Assembly (NCBI RefSeq): GCF_006345805.1
Contig: NC_043006.1
Span: 62,682,001 to 62,746,000, forward strand
Length of the DNA: 64,000 bases
Source of the DNA: Octopus sinensis
Taxonomy: Eukaryota
Direction of reading: 5' to 3'
A program made the position numbers and the translations under genes. Every line of letters begins with the position of its first letter. The stretch's first letter is position 1. Below the pieces are notes generated by a model. That model saw only the letters and a list, made by a program, of their open reading frames with translations. It was not told the DNA's origin and searched no databases. Of this stretch, positions 1-12,619 are shown piece after piece.

Positions 1-39
1 AATAAAAGAGAAATAAATCGAGTATCATCCCCACACATG

Positions 40-450
40 GCTGCAATTAGTAATAATAATGGCATGCATTTGGACATTTTGTTGAAAGAAACCAAAACAT
101 GTGTATCCCTAGCAGATGTGTACATTAGTTATTTCCCTCATTTATCTTGGAAAAGAAGCCTCTTCTAAATACAAACTGGATTCCTTTTGGTTTTCTACGT
201 GAGATTATAAACGTTGTATATTTCCAATGCTTTGTGTATCGGATACGAAAGAGCTGTAGAATAGTTTTCAGAATTTTTATGCTGATTATGAAAAGAAGCA
301 GAACGTTAATAAAATTAGAATAATATCAAGTTCTAAAATTCCAAATCAAATATTCAAACTACCCCTGTACATGGTATTCCAATGGAGAAAAGAGAGAAAT
401 TGTTCAAAACGTTCTCTTTTACGAAATATAGAGAAATCAGTAAAGTATTC
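40..450 (+). pseudogene. Possible decayed TIR-domain remnant (second Toll-like receptor pseudogene tail)
   Basis: Manual multi-frame translation gives, in order, LADVYISY (box-1-like), FPHL..EASSKYKL, IRKSCRIVF and FQWRKERN..KRSLL, with stops and frameshifts. Motif order fits TIR but the similarity is weak. Confidence 0.25.
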
Positions 451-776
451 CTCTCGTTTCATTATTCAAAATTATTTAAAACAATTTTCAGATCAGATAT
501 GTAATACGTCACACACCCAACAAATACGTGGTACCTAGGCGCCAATTGCTGCATTATAACTACTGTTGTGTGATCTTTGATAGCGATTTACTTAGACTAA
601 ACACAACCGAGCCAACAATTTTGGCAATTTTCGATAATTATTATCGTAATAATTGACAGAAAAATCGACTGATAGTCAATTAACAAAGTGACATTTCATT
701 AACAGAGAAAAGAACATGACCTTCATACGATAGAATATAATAAAAACACAGTCTGGAAATTATTATTCTTCCTATT

Positions 777-781
<5 letters not shown>

Positions 782-819
<38 letters not shown>

Positions 820-825
820 TTCGAC

Positions 826-883
<58 letters not shown>

Positions 884-895
884 TTGTGTGTATAT
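782..895. repeat. Compound (TC)n/(TA)n/(TG)n microsatellite
   Basis: Directly visible tracts. Confidence 0.95.
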
Positions 896-2469
896 AAAAT
901 TGAGGCTGCATGTGTGTGTTTCTTTGTGTGTATGTGTGTGTGTCTAAATCAACATATCTTCTGAAGTTCGCAACTGATTTTCTCCAAACTGGGAACATAC
1001 AACACTTATATCACAGAGATGGTTTTAGACCCTTAACACTCTTTTGCATAATAAGTAACGGGTCCTCTGGGAGCAGAAAACACCCTTTCTTGAGATACGT
1101 GGGGAAGGGTGGGGGATAACTCTTTGCGAAGTAACTTTCAGATATTGATTGTCTTCTTCACATTCATTGGTCAAAAAATTATTATCTCAAATGTTTATGT
1201 GGAACAGCATTACTGGCTCCAAAAAATAGCACTGTAAGTAAAATTAATGTACAGATGCTAAAGTACTTTTCTGGAAGTCCTCACATCTATAAGTTGGTTG
1301 ATACAATCCAAGATCCAGAAGAGGTGATAAATTATCCAACAAAGATTCTCGATTCATTGGAACCGTCAGGACTACGTTCACACGGTTTGAAACTTAAACT
1401 GAGGACTCCAGTAATGTTATTGGTGAATTTGAATCCACCAACACTGCAATGGAATACACTTGGTAGTAAAGAAGATGGTGCCACATGTTATTGAGGCCAA
1501 CATTCTCTCTGGATGTGGAAAAGGAGAGGATGTTTTCATACCCAGAATTGCCTTCATTCCATTGAGAGGAGAAATTCATTTTTTATTCAGAAGAGTGCAA
1601 TTTCAGATTAGTATCAACTTTGCAATGTCTATCAGTGGTAGAACTTCATTTAGAAGAGTCATGCTTTTCACACGAGCAATTAAATGTTCGCTGCTCTTGA
1701 GTGGAATGCAAAACAAAATCCATTTGCATTTCTTTCCACAAGGGAACGCAAAGAATATTGCATACGAAGAGGTTTTGTAGGAATTATTACATCCTACGAT
1801 GCGCTCCAGTATCCACTCCTCTTTGTGAATGGTGAAGATGGATACCATTTCGGCATAATACCAACAAACCCAAAGACTGCATCAACAAAGCAGTTTCCTG
1901 CAAGGTCTTCAGTATCGAAGCATATTCTCCAATTACACTTACCAACGACGCAGTAAAACATTACGCCTTATTTTTTTCAATTTGTTCGTACATATTCTCA
2001 TGTGACTGCATACTTTCACTCTATGTTTCTTATTCTACAGCTACACCAGCAATCCAATGTCAACTCTTCGCCTTCTGCAACACTTCAACAGTTCACAGTT
2101 CACTTTCCAGAACGTAACCACTTACGTACAATATCTCCATTACACCTACATTCATTCGATTGTCAACCATACAATAGGTTGTGTTAGACGCAGCGCCGAC
2201 CGCCACAAAGGAGAGTATATCCACTGACAGCTTTTCAGTGCGTAAAAAATTACATACACCCCACCTCCATGACAGGTCACAGCCTGGACCCCTCCAAAAC
2301 GGACGCATGGCATGTCACTTAGTCGAATTAGCCCACCATTTACGCCTCAAATGTTTTGTCGTCAATGCTGCACTTACCCGCATCACGTGATTCAACATAA
2401 CTGTAATATATATATATATATATAAATTAAGCCACCTTAATCCCGAGCAATGTCGGGTATCGCTGCTAG
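890..2469 (+). mobile_element. Non-autonomous/deleted Helitron
   Basis: The 3' end has hairpin CCCGA-gcaatg-TCGGG (2442-2457) followed by CTAG (2466-2469) then T. The 5' region TATATAAAATTGAGG..(TG)n..CAACTGATTTTCTCCAAACT resembles Helitron 5' ends. Internal helicase and Rep-region fragments are present. 5' boundary uncertain. Confidence 0.85.
1165..1780 (+). pseudogene. Helitron PIF1-like helicase C-terminal fragment (frameshifted)
   Basis: ALLAPKN..V..IN, INYPTKILDSLEPSGLRSHGLKLKLRTPVMLLVNLNPP, VIEANILSGCGKGEDVFIPRI, FRRVQFQISINFAMSI and AKNIAYEEVL* match Helitron helicase motifs. Confidence 0.9.
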
Positions 2470-2929
2470 TATATAACATTCTAAACTATCTATTTATGCA
2501 TCCAGCTAGCGGGATGTACATTGCATAAATGCTAAGAAAAATATTATGTAGTTCTAATTGTCTAACCAGCATTGGAAAGCTGGCAGCCCTGATAAGTTTC
2601 AGGACTACCGAAACTACTGAGAGGAAGCGCAGAAATTAGCTGCACGTAAGACACATGGTTTGAAAGCTTCAAAAAGGACGGATTCTGGTAAAGTTTGATG
2701 GATTTAAATAAACAACAAATTTAGATTACTGCCCAAGAACTAGTAAGGTTCTAACGACTATCTCGCACAGTTTCCATCCATTCATTATCACAGCTCCGGA
2801 TAAAAACGGTGCTAACGTCTTAAGCGCAGAGCCTTAATAGCGTATACTTCACAAGTCCTTAAAGTTTTCGAAAATTCTTCTGAATTATCTTATCTTCAGA
2901 TTTTAGTTCTTTATTGACATTTCAATAAT

Positions 2930-3075
2930 ACATCGGTTTCCAATTTGGGTCAAAAGACAGCAATAAGGAGAGGGTTTATTCGACATGAATGACCCAAGTA
3001 TTTGAGTGGTAATTTATTACTGAGTGAGGAAAGGCAAAGTTGACACCAGTTGAATTTGAATTTAGAATGTAAAAA
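2930..3075 (-). mobile_element. Degenerate tRNA-SINE remnant (family of 13822-14055)
   Basis: GAAAGGCAAAGTTGACACCAGTTGAATTTGAA resembles the reverse complement of the B-box/body of the copy at 13.8 kb. Confidence 0.5.
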
Positions 3076-4459
3076 ATTCTAAACAGGCTCATAATAAGAT
3101 TATGTTGAGGTCTGTGAAATCTTGTTCTCTTTTCAGTATTTGATGTTTTCATTTACAGACGACATCGATTTAGAAATAAAGTAGAGTTTCTAGATCATCA
3201 CGGCAGAGTTTAACTATGACCAAAGACGTAACCAGCGAGTTTTATATTATTTTATTTATACATACAGAGGTCATGGGGTTTAAATATCTATTTCATGCTA
3301 TAGGCTGTGATTTTAGCACGATTTGACTGCCATTTATTTCTAGGTTTACTTAAAGGTTGTGCTACAGAAATTAATTATATTTCTACTGCCATATATTCTC
3401 TGTGACTGACATGACTTGAATATTTAAAACTGCAGGAAATCTCAAGGTAAATGGAATATATGAAGTGCAATGCAAAATAAGTTATGAAATTATTGCAAAA
3501 TGATATAACACAATACGCCTAAAAAATCTAAATTGAGCATATAACGCCAGACAGAATTCTAGACCACCATTATTGCAAGAATTCACCACACACCAAACAT
3601 TTCATGCTTTATGTAAAATGAGATTTTCACAAATAGGTTTCTTTTATATATACAAATTTTTTACTCAGTCAGAAAATATATAAAAAAGAAATAACATCAT
3701 TCGTCGAAACGAAAACACTATTCATGTAATTTTAACGAACTATTAACTTTGAAACATTGATCGCATAAATATATTAAACATGTTATCATAACGTTCAATT
3801 TTACTGAAAAATATAATATATCGTAACAGAAAAAATTTTAAATGAGAAAGGTGAATGTATGGAGGAATAGAATGTGAGAAAATATTTTCCTTTATGCATG
3901 TAGTGCTTTTTATGTTGGTGTGTGTGTGTGTTTATGTGTGGGTATGTGTGTGTGTGTTTATATGTGGGTATGTGTGTGTGTCAGCTTGAATATATATCGA
4001 ATTATCAATACATATACAACTGTACACTTACACTGTTCTCAAATCCCCTCTTCACCTCACATAAAGTACTATACTCTGAAATCGTAAATCTTCAGCAGAT
4101 CTGAGACTGGACTTACCTAGAATAAAAGGCAAAACACACATGTGATATATGAGTGAACACGAGGTGATATATGAGTGTGAACACGAGGTGTTATATAAGT
4201 TTTGTCTCCGTTAGTTTAAAGCTCTCGATATTTGACAATCTCCTCTGTTCGTCGTGGTCTGAATTTTGTAGTGGCTGATAGACTCATGGGGGGTGCAGAG
4301 AGAGCGAATTTGTCGGACCACTATGAATGGTAGGAGATCGTACTGGCTGGCATTTAAATGGGATTATGACTTTTATTTGGCTCGATCTCTGATCTGTTCT
4401 TCATGCTTGGTTACACGTGTGTATTTCTTAAGCTGACCTGTAGTAATTAGTGGTCGGAT

Positions 4460-4621
4460 ACATACTCAAATACACACACACACACAGACTCACACATACA
4501 CTCTCACACAAAAAGATATATATGTATGCGTTTATACATACATACATGCACAAACATATACATGCATAGACATACATTCTCGTAAATACGCGTATATACG
4601 TAGCTATATAGGCAACTATAT

Positions 4622-4719
<98 letters not shown>

Positions 4720-4770
4720 GTATGCGTAAATAAATGCATACACCGATAAACTTATATACTTATGCACTTA
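4460..4770. repeat. (CA)n/(TA)n microsatellite
   Basis: Directly visible. Confidence 0.9.
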
Positions 4771-5075
4771 CATATACCCTCTTTGATTTGTATCGTACAT
4801 ACACATAGACAAGTAAGTAAACCTATCACTTAGACTCGTACATACATGTAGAGAACAGCGTGTGTATGTACACACACTTACTCACATAAATGTAGATACA
4901 TAGACATATCTCTCAACTTACCTTGCGGTCTATTTACCTTGCGACCTCATTATGCAAAGACACAGTGGCATAATCAAATATTTGTCTTTTTGGAGAACTA
5001 CGTTGCGCCGAAACAAATGGAGCAAATAATTTGTACAATTTCTTCAATTTCTTCAATTTTGCATATATATATATA

Positions 5076-5128
5076 TTAGCTGAGATACCCGGCGTTACTC
5101 GGGATTCAAATGGGATGGTTTCTTGAGG
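5076..5128 (-). mobile_element. Isolated Helitron 3' terminus
   Basis: Minus strand reads ATCCCGAGTAACGCCGGGTATCTCAGCTAAT, homologous to the hairpin+CTAG end at 2440-2470. Confidence 0.7.
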
Positions 5129-5129
5129 T

Positions 5130-5410
5130 TTTACTTGTTTCAGTCAATCGACTGCGGCCATGCTAGAGCACCGCCTTTAATCGAAGAAATCAACCCCAGG
5201 AGTTATTCTTTTTACGCCTAGGACTTGTTCTATCGGTGTGTTTTGCCAAACCGCTAAGTTACGGGGAAGTAAACAAAGCAGCATCAGTTGTCAAACGCTG
5301 GTGGTGGTACAAACACACACATATATATATACACATATATAAGATAGTTGGCTTTCAGTTTCCGTGTACGAAGTCCCCTCATAAGGTTTGGTGGGCCTGA
5401 GGCTATAGTA
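5130..5410 (-). mobile_element. CORE-type tRNA-SINE, 3' half, truncated by mariner
   Basis: Reverse complement of the family at 6735-7176 (CTTGTTTCAGTCA..GACTGCGGCCATGCT..CCGCTAAGTTACGGGG..GAGGCTATAGTA). Confidence 0.85.
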
Positions 5411-6694
5411 TTGGGTTGTCCGGAAAGTTCTTGCCGATTTTTAAAGGAAAGAAAAGGGTCAGTAAAATACTTGCCATTACATTTTTAATCAACCAAATTT
5501 GAACCATTTTGTTGCACAATGCGTCTCCATCTTACCTTTAACTTGAAAATACCCTCTTCCCAGAATTGATGTGGTTTCATGGCAAACAAATTGATCAAGG
5601 TATCATTTTACGTCATCCAATGAATTGAAATTTTTACCATTAACACTATTCTGCAGAGACCTGAATAAGTGGAAATCCGAAGGAGCACTATCTGGTGAAT
5701 ATGGAGGGTGGGGTAACACATCCCAGTCGAGCTGCAGTAGTTTTTGTCTGGTTCCCAAAGAATCGTGCTGTCTTGCATTATCTTTCTGGAAAACAACACC
5801 TTTCCTGTTGGCCAATTCTGGACGTTTCTCTAGAATTGCTGCTTTTACTTCGTCCTGTTGCGTGCAGTATATCTCAAAATTAATTTTCTGGTTACTTGGG
5901 AGAAGCTCATAGTACAGATTTCCTTTCCAATCCCACCAGACACAAGGCCAGACATTTTTAGGGTGAAGTCCCACTTTTGGGGTGGCTAAGGGTGGCTCAT
6001 GTCGCTTACTCCAGGATCGCTTTCTCTGAACATTTCGGTAGATAATCCATTTCTCATCACCTGTCACGATTTACTTTAAAAAAGGCGCGTTTTCATTCCA
6101 TTTATAAAACAAAACACCGATGGAAATGCGATTCAAAAGGTTCTTCTCATTCAAACCATGTGATACCCAAACATCGTAGCGATTTGTGTACCCAAGCTTT
6201 ACCAGGTGCTCATGAACGACGGATTTTACATAGGTTGAGGCTTTCTGCCAATTCTCGGGACGTACAATGTGGGTTATTTTCGATTAATGACTTGATTTGG
6301 TCATCATCTGTAGTGGATTGCCTGCCTGATCGCTCTTTATCAATAAGGTTACAATCTCCAGCTCGGAAACTTGAGAAAAACTTCCGTAGAGTTCTTTCGG
6401 ATAAAGAAACTTCACCGTAAACTGCGCATATTTCTTTGGTTGCTTGTGAGGCATTTTCCCCTTACGGAAAAGAAAAGCATCAAGTACCGAAAATGAATTT
6501 TCTTATCTTCCATTTTAAAGTGTTACAGAATTAACACAGGTTATAAGAATATAAACCTTCTTCTACGAAAAGATAGTTTAAACTCTGCTCTAAATGGAGT
6601 TGTAGTCAAATCCTATTTTATGGACTCAACTATGTTCTAAAATAAGTCGAAAGGTAAGTTAATATAAATCGGCACGAACTTTCCGGGCAGTCGA

Positions 6695-6695
<1 letters not shown>
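5411..6695 (-). mobile_element. Near full-length mariner (mellifera-subfamily-like) DNA transposon
   Basis: ~30-bp TIRs TTGGGTTGTCCGGAAAGTTCTTGCCGATTT (5411) and AAATCGGCACGAACTTTCCGGGCAGTCGAA (to 6695), TA on both sides, length 1285 bp. Confidence 0.95.
5485..6513 (-). pseudogene. Mariner DD34D transposase pseudogene
   Basis: Starts MEDKKIHFRY (ATG 6513); contains TGDEKW, QKDNAR and [18 protein letters not shown]; ends RWRRIVQQNGSNLVD*. Premature stop at 5603-5605 and frameshifts. Confidence 0.92.
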
Positions 6696-6734
<39 letters not shown>

Positions 6735-6736
<2 letters not shown>

Positions 6737-6881
6737 TGCAGGAGTAGCTTGCTTACGAACTACATGGTTCCGGGTTCAGTCCCACTGCGTGGCACTTTGG
6801 GCAAGTGTCTTCTTCTATAGCCTCAGGCCGACCAAAGCCTTGTGAGGGGATTTGGTACACGAAAACTGAAAGAAGCCCGTC

Positions 6882-6941
<60 letters not shown>

Positions 6942-7176
6942 GTGTGTGTGTCTGTCTGTCTGTTTGTCTGTGACTGTGTTTGTCTCCCCAACATCGCTTG
7001 ATAACAGATGGTGGTGTATTTATGTCCCCGTAACTTAGCAGGTCGGCAAAAGTAGCCGATAGAATAAGTACTAGGCTTACAAAGAATAAGTCCTGGGGTC
7101 TAATTGTCGACTAAAGGCGGTGTTCTAGCATAGCCGCAGTCAAATGACTCTAACAAATAAAAGAATAAAAAAGAAT
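6735..7176 (+). mobile_element. CORE-type tRNA-derived SINE (octopus OR-like)
   Basis: B-box GGTTCAGTCCC, CORE-like TTGGGCAAGTGTCTTC..TATAGCCTC, internal (TA)n(TG)n, tail ending AAAAGAATAAAA. Many copies in the window. Confidence 0.9.
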
Positions 7177-7786
7177 AATATATATACAAATATATATATG
7201 TACATATTGATATGTATATATATATATGAAAAAAATTATCTCCAAAAATGAATGTTTGGAAGGGTTACACTAAGAGGAAAATAAGTCACGAGGAAAAAGG
7301 AAGGTAAAAGGAAAGAGGACGAAAGAGGAAAAAAGCGAAAAAGTGGGGAAAAGAGAGAATGAAAGCATAATGACTTTCAGGGATGAGCAAATCACACCTT
7401 TATTTTTCTTGGTAAAACTAAATAAAATAAGTACATGAGTGAATTGTGAATCGGAAGTTTGATACTATTCCCTTCCCATCAGTCTATCTGTCTGACTATC
7501 TATCTATCTATCTATTACCCCATCTACCTACCTATATTTCTAGCTATCCATCTCTATTGTCATGGAACCTCACACAAAAAGACACAAAAACAATGTTTTC
7601 TTTAAAACAAAAACCATGTTTTATATAAGTGAACAAGCTGTTTGTACATTCAAAGAATATTATTTCAGAAGTTCCAGAAAGGAACGAAAGTGCTAATAAT
7701 AATGAAGAAATAAAAGGATTTTTTCCAAAATTCTGACGACATTTTTTCAGTATTCAATTTCTGTACGTTATAGCTAAACCTCTATA

Positions 7787-7807
7787 CCTATATATACATA
7801 TGTATAC

Positions 7808-7865
<58 letters not shown>

Positions 7866-8010
7866 CATACCTATATATACATATGTATACATATATATAT
7901 ATATATACACATATATACATATATATATATATATATGTATATATATACACATATATATACATGTATATATATATATATAATATATATATATTATATATAT
8001 ATATATATAT

Positions 8011-8093
<83 letters not shown>

Positions 8094-8095
8094 CA
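7787..8095. repeat. (TA)n-rich microsatellite
   Basis: Directly visible. Confidence 0.95.
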
Positions 8096-9502
8096 TGTGT
8101 TATACCTGCGGACTGGAGAACAGCGATAATCTGCCCAATTTTCAAGAATGGGACCCGCGAAGACCCGCTTAACTACCGACCAGTTTCCCTTACTTCAATA
8201 ATCATCAAGATGTTTGAAGCCATCCTTAAGAAAAGTATGTTGCTCCACCTCCAAAACACAGCTTCTATCTCTGATTCCCAACACGGCTTCGTACCGAAGA
8301 GATCATGCTTGACCAACTTACTGGTAATGAAAGAATTGATGACACGTATCCTAGATGATGATGATGCTGTTGACATCGTTTTATTGAACTTTGCCAAAGC
8401 TTTTGACTCGGTTAACCACCGCCTATTGCTTGTCAAGCTTCAAGCATATAGCTTCCATCCGGATATTGTACGATGGGTTGGTGCCTTCCTCTCAGATCGC
8501 TCCTTCCAAGTCTAAGTTAATGGCTCGCTGTCCGATATCTCCAGTTCAAGCAGTGGCGTGCCTCAAGGTTCAGTGCTTGGGCCCTTATTGTTTTTAGTCT
8601 TCATAAATGACTTGCCCAACGACCTCACGCATCACACCCTTCTATTTGCCGATGATGTCTAACTGGTCGCTCCTCGCGGTGATATAGATGATTTTCGTCG
8701 ATGCTTCCACCAAGTTTGGAGATGGTTTAACGAATGGTACCTGTGTCTGAACGTGTCAAAGTGCTGTCATCTGCCTGTTAGCTCTTCTCCTGCAACTCAA
8801 CTTGATTTCGAGCCGGGTCGTCTGTTGCTGGAGAGGACCGACCAGGTAAAGGACCTGGGTATCTTGGATTCTTCCCTTTCGCCTTCAGCCCAGTGCGTCC
8901 ATGCTGCCAACAAAGCACGCGGAGTTCTGTTTTTGATTCGACGGTCATTCGGAATGCTCACAGCAGCCATATTCCAACCGCTCTAGGTCACGCTGGTGAG
9001 AACCATATTGGAGTACGAGATTCAAGCCTCTTCTCCTTATCTCCTCAAAGACATACATCATCTCGAAAGAGTCCAGAAGCTGGCTACACATAAATATGAA
9101 GAAAGGCTGAAGACGCTCGACCTTTATACTCTAGAAAAACGACGACGCCGTGGTGATCTCATTCTTGCTCACAACATCATAAGCGGAAAGTTTAACCACT
9201 CGAAAGAGTTGTTCTTCACTCCTGCTCCAGAGCGTCGGCTGCGGGGTCACTCCGAAAAGTTCTATCTGCGACGAATTCATCTCAATCGAAGGAGAGGGGC
9301 TTTCTCCGTCCGGGTTGCGGATCCGTGGAATAAACTGCCGGACGAGATAGTGAAGATATCGACGACCGCTCGGTACAAAGTCTCTCTTGACCAGAAATGG
9401 CCTGAACTCTTTGCATGAACACCCTCCCTGTACATAACTCCATGTCCCCCTACATGGCCTTGCTTCTTGCTTTGTGAGCCCCTAAATTAACTTAGCTTAA
9501 CT
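8096..9502 (+). mobile_element. 5'-truncated CR1-clade LINE (RT and C-terminus, disrupted)
   Basis: [82 protein letters not shown]; ORF ends at 9418, followed by a short 3' UTR with a TAAC-like tail. Inserted in (TA)n. Confidence 0.93.
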
Positions 9503-9544
9503 ATATACGTATATATATATATACGCATATATATATATATACAC

Positions 9545-9575
<31 letters not shown>

Positions 9576-9670
9576 CATATATACATATATATATACATAT
9601 ACATAATATATATATATATATATTAAATACAAATTACGATGAACAAAAACAAACAGACGAGATATCTTAG

Positions 9671-9863
9671 AAAGTTAAAGAAGTGATTTTAAATTCTCAC
9701 ACGCAGAATAATTCTAATAATACAGCCTGAACAGGATAAGCTACCCCTAGTTTGCAGCCGGCCGGCAACACTTTTTTCTGCAAAATAGGGGTAGCTTATC
9801 CTGTTCAGGCTATATTATTAGAATTATCCTGCGTTTGAGAATTTAAAATCACTTCTTTAACTT

Positions 9864-9864
<1 letters not shown>
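9671..9864. repeat. Long inverted repeat (87-bp arms, 20-nt spacer)
   Basis: 9671-9757 is the near-exact reverse complement of 9778-9864. Confidence 0.92.
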
Positions 9865-9917
<53 letters not shown>

Positions 9918-10113
9918 AATATATGTACATATGTATATATAAATATATATACTTATTACTTCTTACTTATTATATATTGATCATTCATTTTTATATTTTT
10001 GAGATCTAGTTATAAGTTATATGTTTTATAAAAATATATATTATTTGTTACTTATATTTTGGTTTATGTCTATCACTGTTTGAGTTGCATAATAGTAGTT
10101 TTATCTCTAATTT

Positions 10114-10153
<40 letters not shown>

Positions 10154-10227
10154 TATATATTTACATATTCAGATATAAATATACATATATTTATATACAT
10201 ACATACATATATACATATATATATAAA

Positions 10228-11155
10228 TTTATTTCAAAATAGTGTAGGACCGCCTTTGGCAGTAATTAATGCTTCAATTCCATGAGGTATGGACTCGTAC
10301 AAAGTTTGAATTGTTTCCAAAGGAATATTTTTCGATTCTTCAGCTAAAACAGTCTCGAGGTCTTGTAGTGTTGATGGCGGAGGATATTGACTCCTTATTT
10401 TTTTTCCTAAAATGCACTATAAATGTTCAATACTATTGAGATCCGGGGACTTTGGCGCCCAGATAAGCCGATTACCTTCACTAGAATGATTCAATAATAA
10501 CTTTAGCTCTGCATTCCTACCAGAAACAATTCTGCAACCCTAGGATGAATTTTATCAGATAAAATACTTAAATATACTTGACTATTAATTCTGCAATGAA
10601 GGGAAACCCCAGATATAGCCCCCCGCTCCGCCGATCATCACAGATCCTTCTCTATGTTTAGCAGTTGGAAGAAGGAAGTCTGGGTCAAATGCTTTGTTTG
10701 GCTGTCTCCACAGGTATATTTGGCCGATGGTGAGAAAGAAGGGAAAGGATGACTCGTCTGAGAAAATAACATTCTACCACTGCTCTGGGAACCAATTCTG
10801 TAGGTGTTTACGCCACTCTAAACGATTTGCAACGTTTGTTTTTGAAAGTAGAGGTTTTCTGATTGCAGCCCTCCCGTGAAATCCAGTTTTTGCAGCTCTC
10901 GGCAAACAGTTACGCAAGTGCCTGCCATACGAGCACCAACAATTTGACCTATTTGGAAGTCCGATAGATTTGTCATTTTAATGAATTTTAATTACCTTTT
11001 TCTGATGATATCTGAAAAGAAATAGCAATCTTAGAAAAACATATTAAGCAACACTCATTATTTTAAAAAAACAACAAAAACACAAGTTTTTGACGGTTTT
11101 AGAGATATCTCCAAATTATGATGCTAGGTGTTTCCATTATTTTGTCGAACCCCTG
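10228..11155 (-). mobile_element. Tc1-like DD34E transposon, internally deleted, one TIR retained
   Basis: TIR TA-CAGGGGTTCGACAAAATAATGGAAACACC at 11155. Transposase starts MTNLSDFQIGQIVGARMAG (ATG 10976), contains VIFSDES and WAPKSPDLNSIEH, and ends GGPTLF* (~10234). Confidence 0.9.
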
Positions 11156-12072
11156 TATATATACATAGATATGATATAAGTATGTTAGTAAAAGACAATA
11201 GAAACTACAGGTTGAATTGTACGGGGTAAGTAAGAAAAAAAACGAAAATGCACATTGGAAATCAAAAAAAGTAATGGGATGTATGGGGGTTAGTGGTATT
11301 ATTTCGTTCAAAGATTGCTTTCAGTTTTCATCCGATACTGTAGTCATTTTGGCGTGCAAAAAATCACTATTTACTGAGACTGTTCATATGTATCATCTTC
11401 ACTGCAATTACAGGGGGGAGAATTGATATAGATTACACACAAGCTGAATATCTGAATACAGATGCTTCTGGAATAGATCGTTGACAATATGCACAATAAT
11501 TGACACTTAGAAGGAGGACGTGGTTTAATTGAACAAACAAGTGTGATACGCGCAAATTATTCCCAATCCTGCTTATGCTGAAAATGACGAGGACACATTA
11601 TTTCAAATATCGTGATGGGAGAAAATGCGGATAAGTTTCAACTCTAGTGTTGTTTCGATTTAATAATACTAGAATCGTGATCTGAATTTTCTATAATTGT
11701 TTTGTACTGGTGACAGCGATAATAGCTTCGGGGAGATGTGATTTTCTGTATTTATACAGTTTATATCATAATTAGATGTTTGTTATCAAAACATAAACAC
11801 AATGTTAATTATTTGTCTATCATCTATTTATCATTAAATTGTTTCAGTATCACATACACATGTAGGAGATATGTATATATGTGTATGTATGCATGTATAC
11901 ATGAGAGATATATACATACACACACATACACATACATATACTCATATATTTAAAAATCATATATATTCGCATAAACAAATACACACGCATATATATATAT
12001 ATTATATATATATATATATATATACATAATATACATGTATATTATACGTGTGCGTGTGCGTGGGTGTGTTTA

Positions 12073-12125
<53 letters not shown>

Positions 12126-12247
12126 TGATTTTTCCAGTTTCAGCTTATGAGCTGTGGCCATGCTGGGGATATATATATACATACATACACACACACACAT
12201 ACATACATATATACATACATGCATACATACATACATACATACATACA

Positions 12248-12267
<20 letters not shown>

Positions 12268-12279
<12 letters not shown>

Positions 12280-12456
12280 AAAGGGATGACCACTAAGTGG
12301 ATATCCATATGCTAGAAGTCGACCCCCTATGGTCTTACCACTAAGAAATGAATGTTTTCTTGAGAACATTCCTCTCTTAGAGGTAAGACCATAGGGGAGG
12401 GGCGACTTCTAGCATGGGGAGGCCATCTCAGTGGTCATCCCTCTTATATGTATGTA
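12268..12456. repeat. Fold-back inverted repeat (~90-bp arms, very short loop)
   Basis: AAGGGATGACCACT..TGCTAGAAGTCG..CCTATGGTCTTACC..GAATGTTTTC pairs with GAGAACATTC..GGTAAGACCATAGG..CGACTTCTAGCA..AGTGGTCATCCCT. Confidence 0.88.
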
Positions 12457-12556
12457 ATATAATTTTTCTGAATCTTCAGATGTTTCTATATACTACACCT
12501 CTGATTTTAAAGTGATACTAATCAAATTAATATTCAGTTTTTCACCCTTATTATTT

Positions 12557-12617
<61 letters not shown>

Positions 12618-12619
12618 CG

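Noticed and set aside
2589-2620. CTGATAAG..CCGAAAC hammerhead-like motif
   Set aside because: Core mismatch and no convincing stem II or stem I.
4105-4200. Minus-strand donor (CTAG|GTAAGT) beside a short 22-24-bp tandem repeat
   Set aside because: No matching acceptor or coherent exon found.
7372-7412. Minus-strand stem plus GAAA-GTC
   Set aside because: First core box absent; too eroded to call.
7774-8145. Long YIYI/VCVC/THTH ORFs here and throughout the track
   Set aside because: Translations of dinucleotide and tetranucleotide microsatellites, not proteins.
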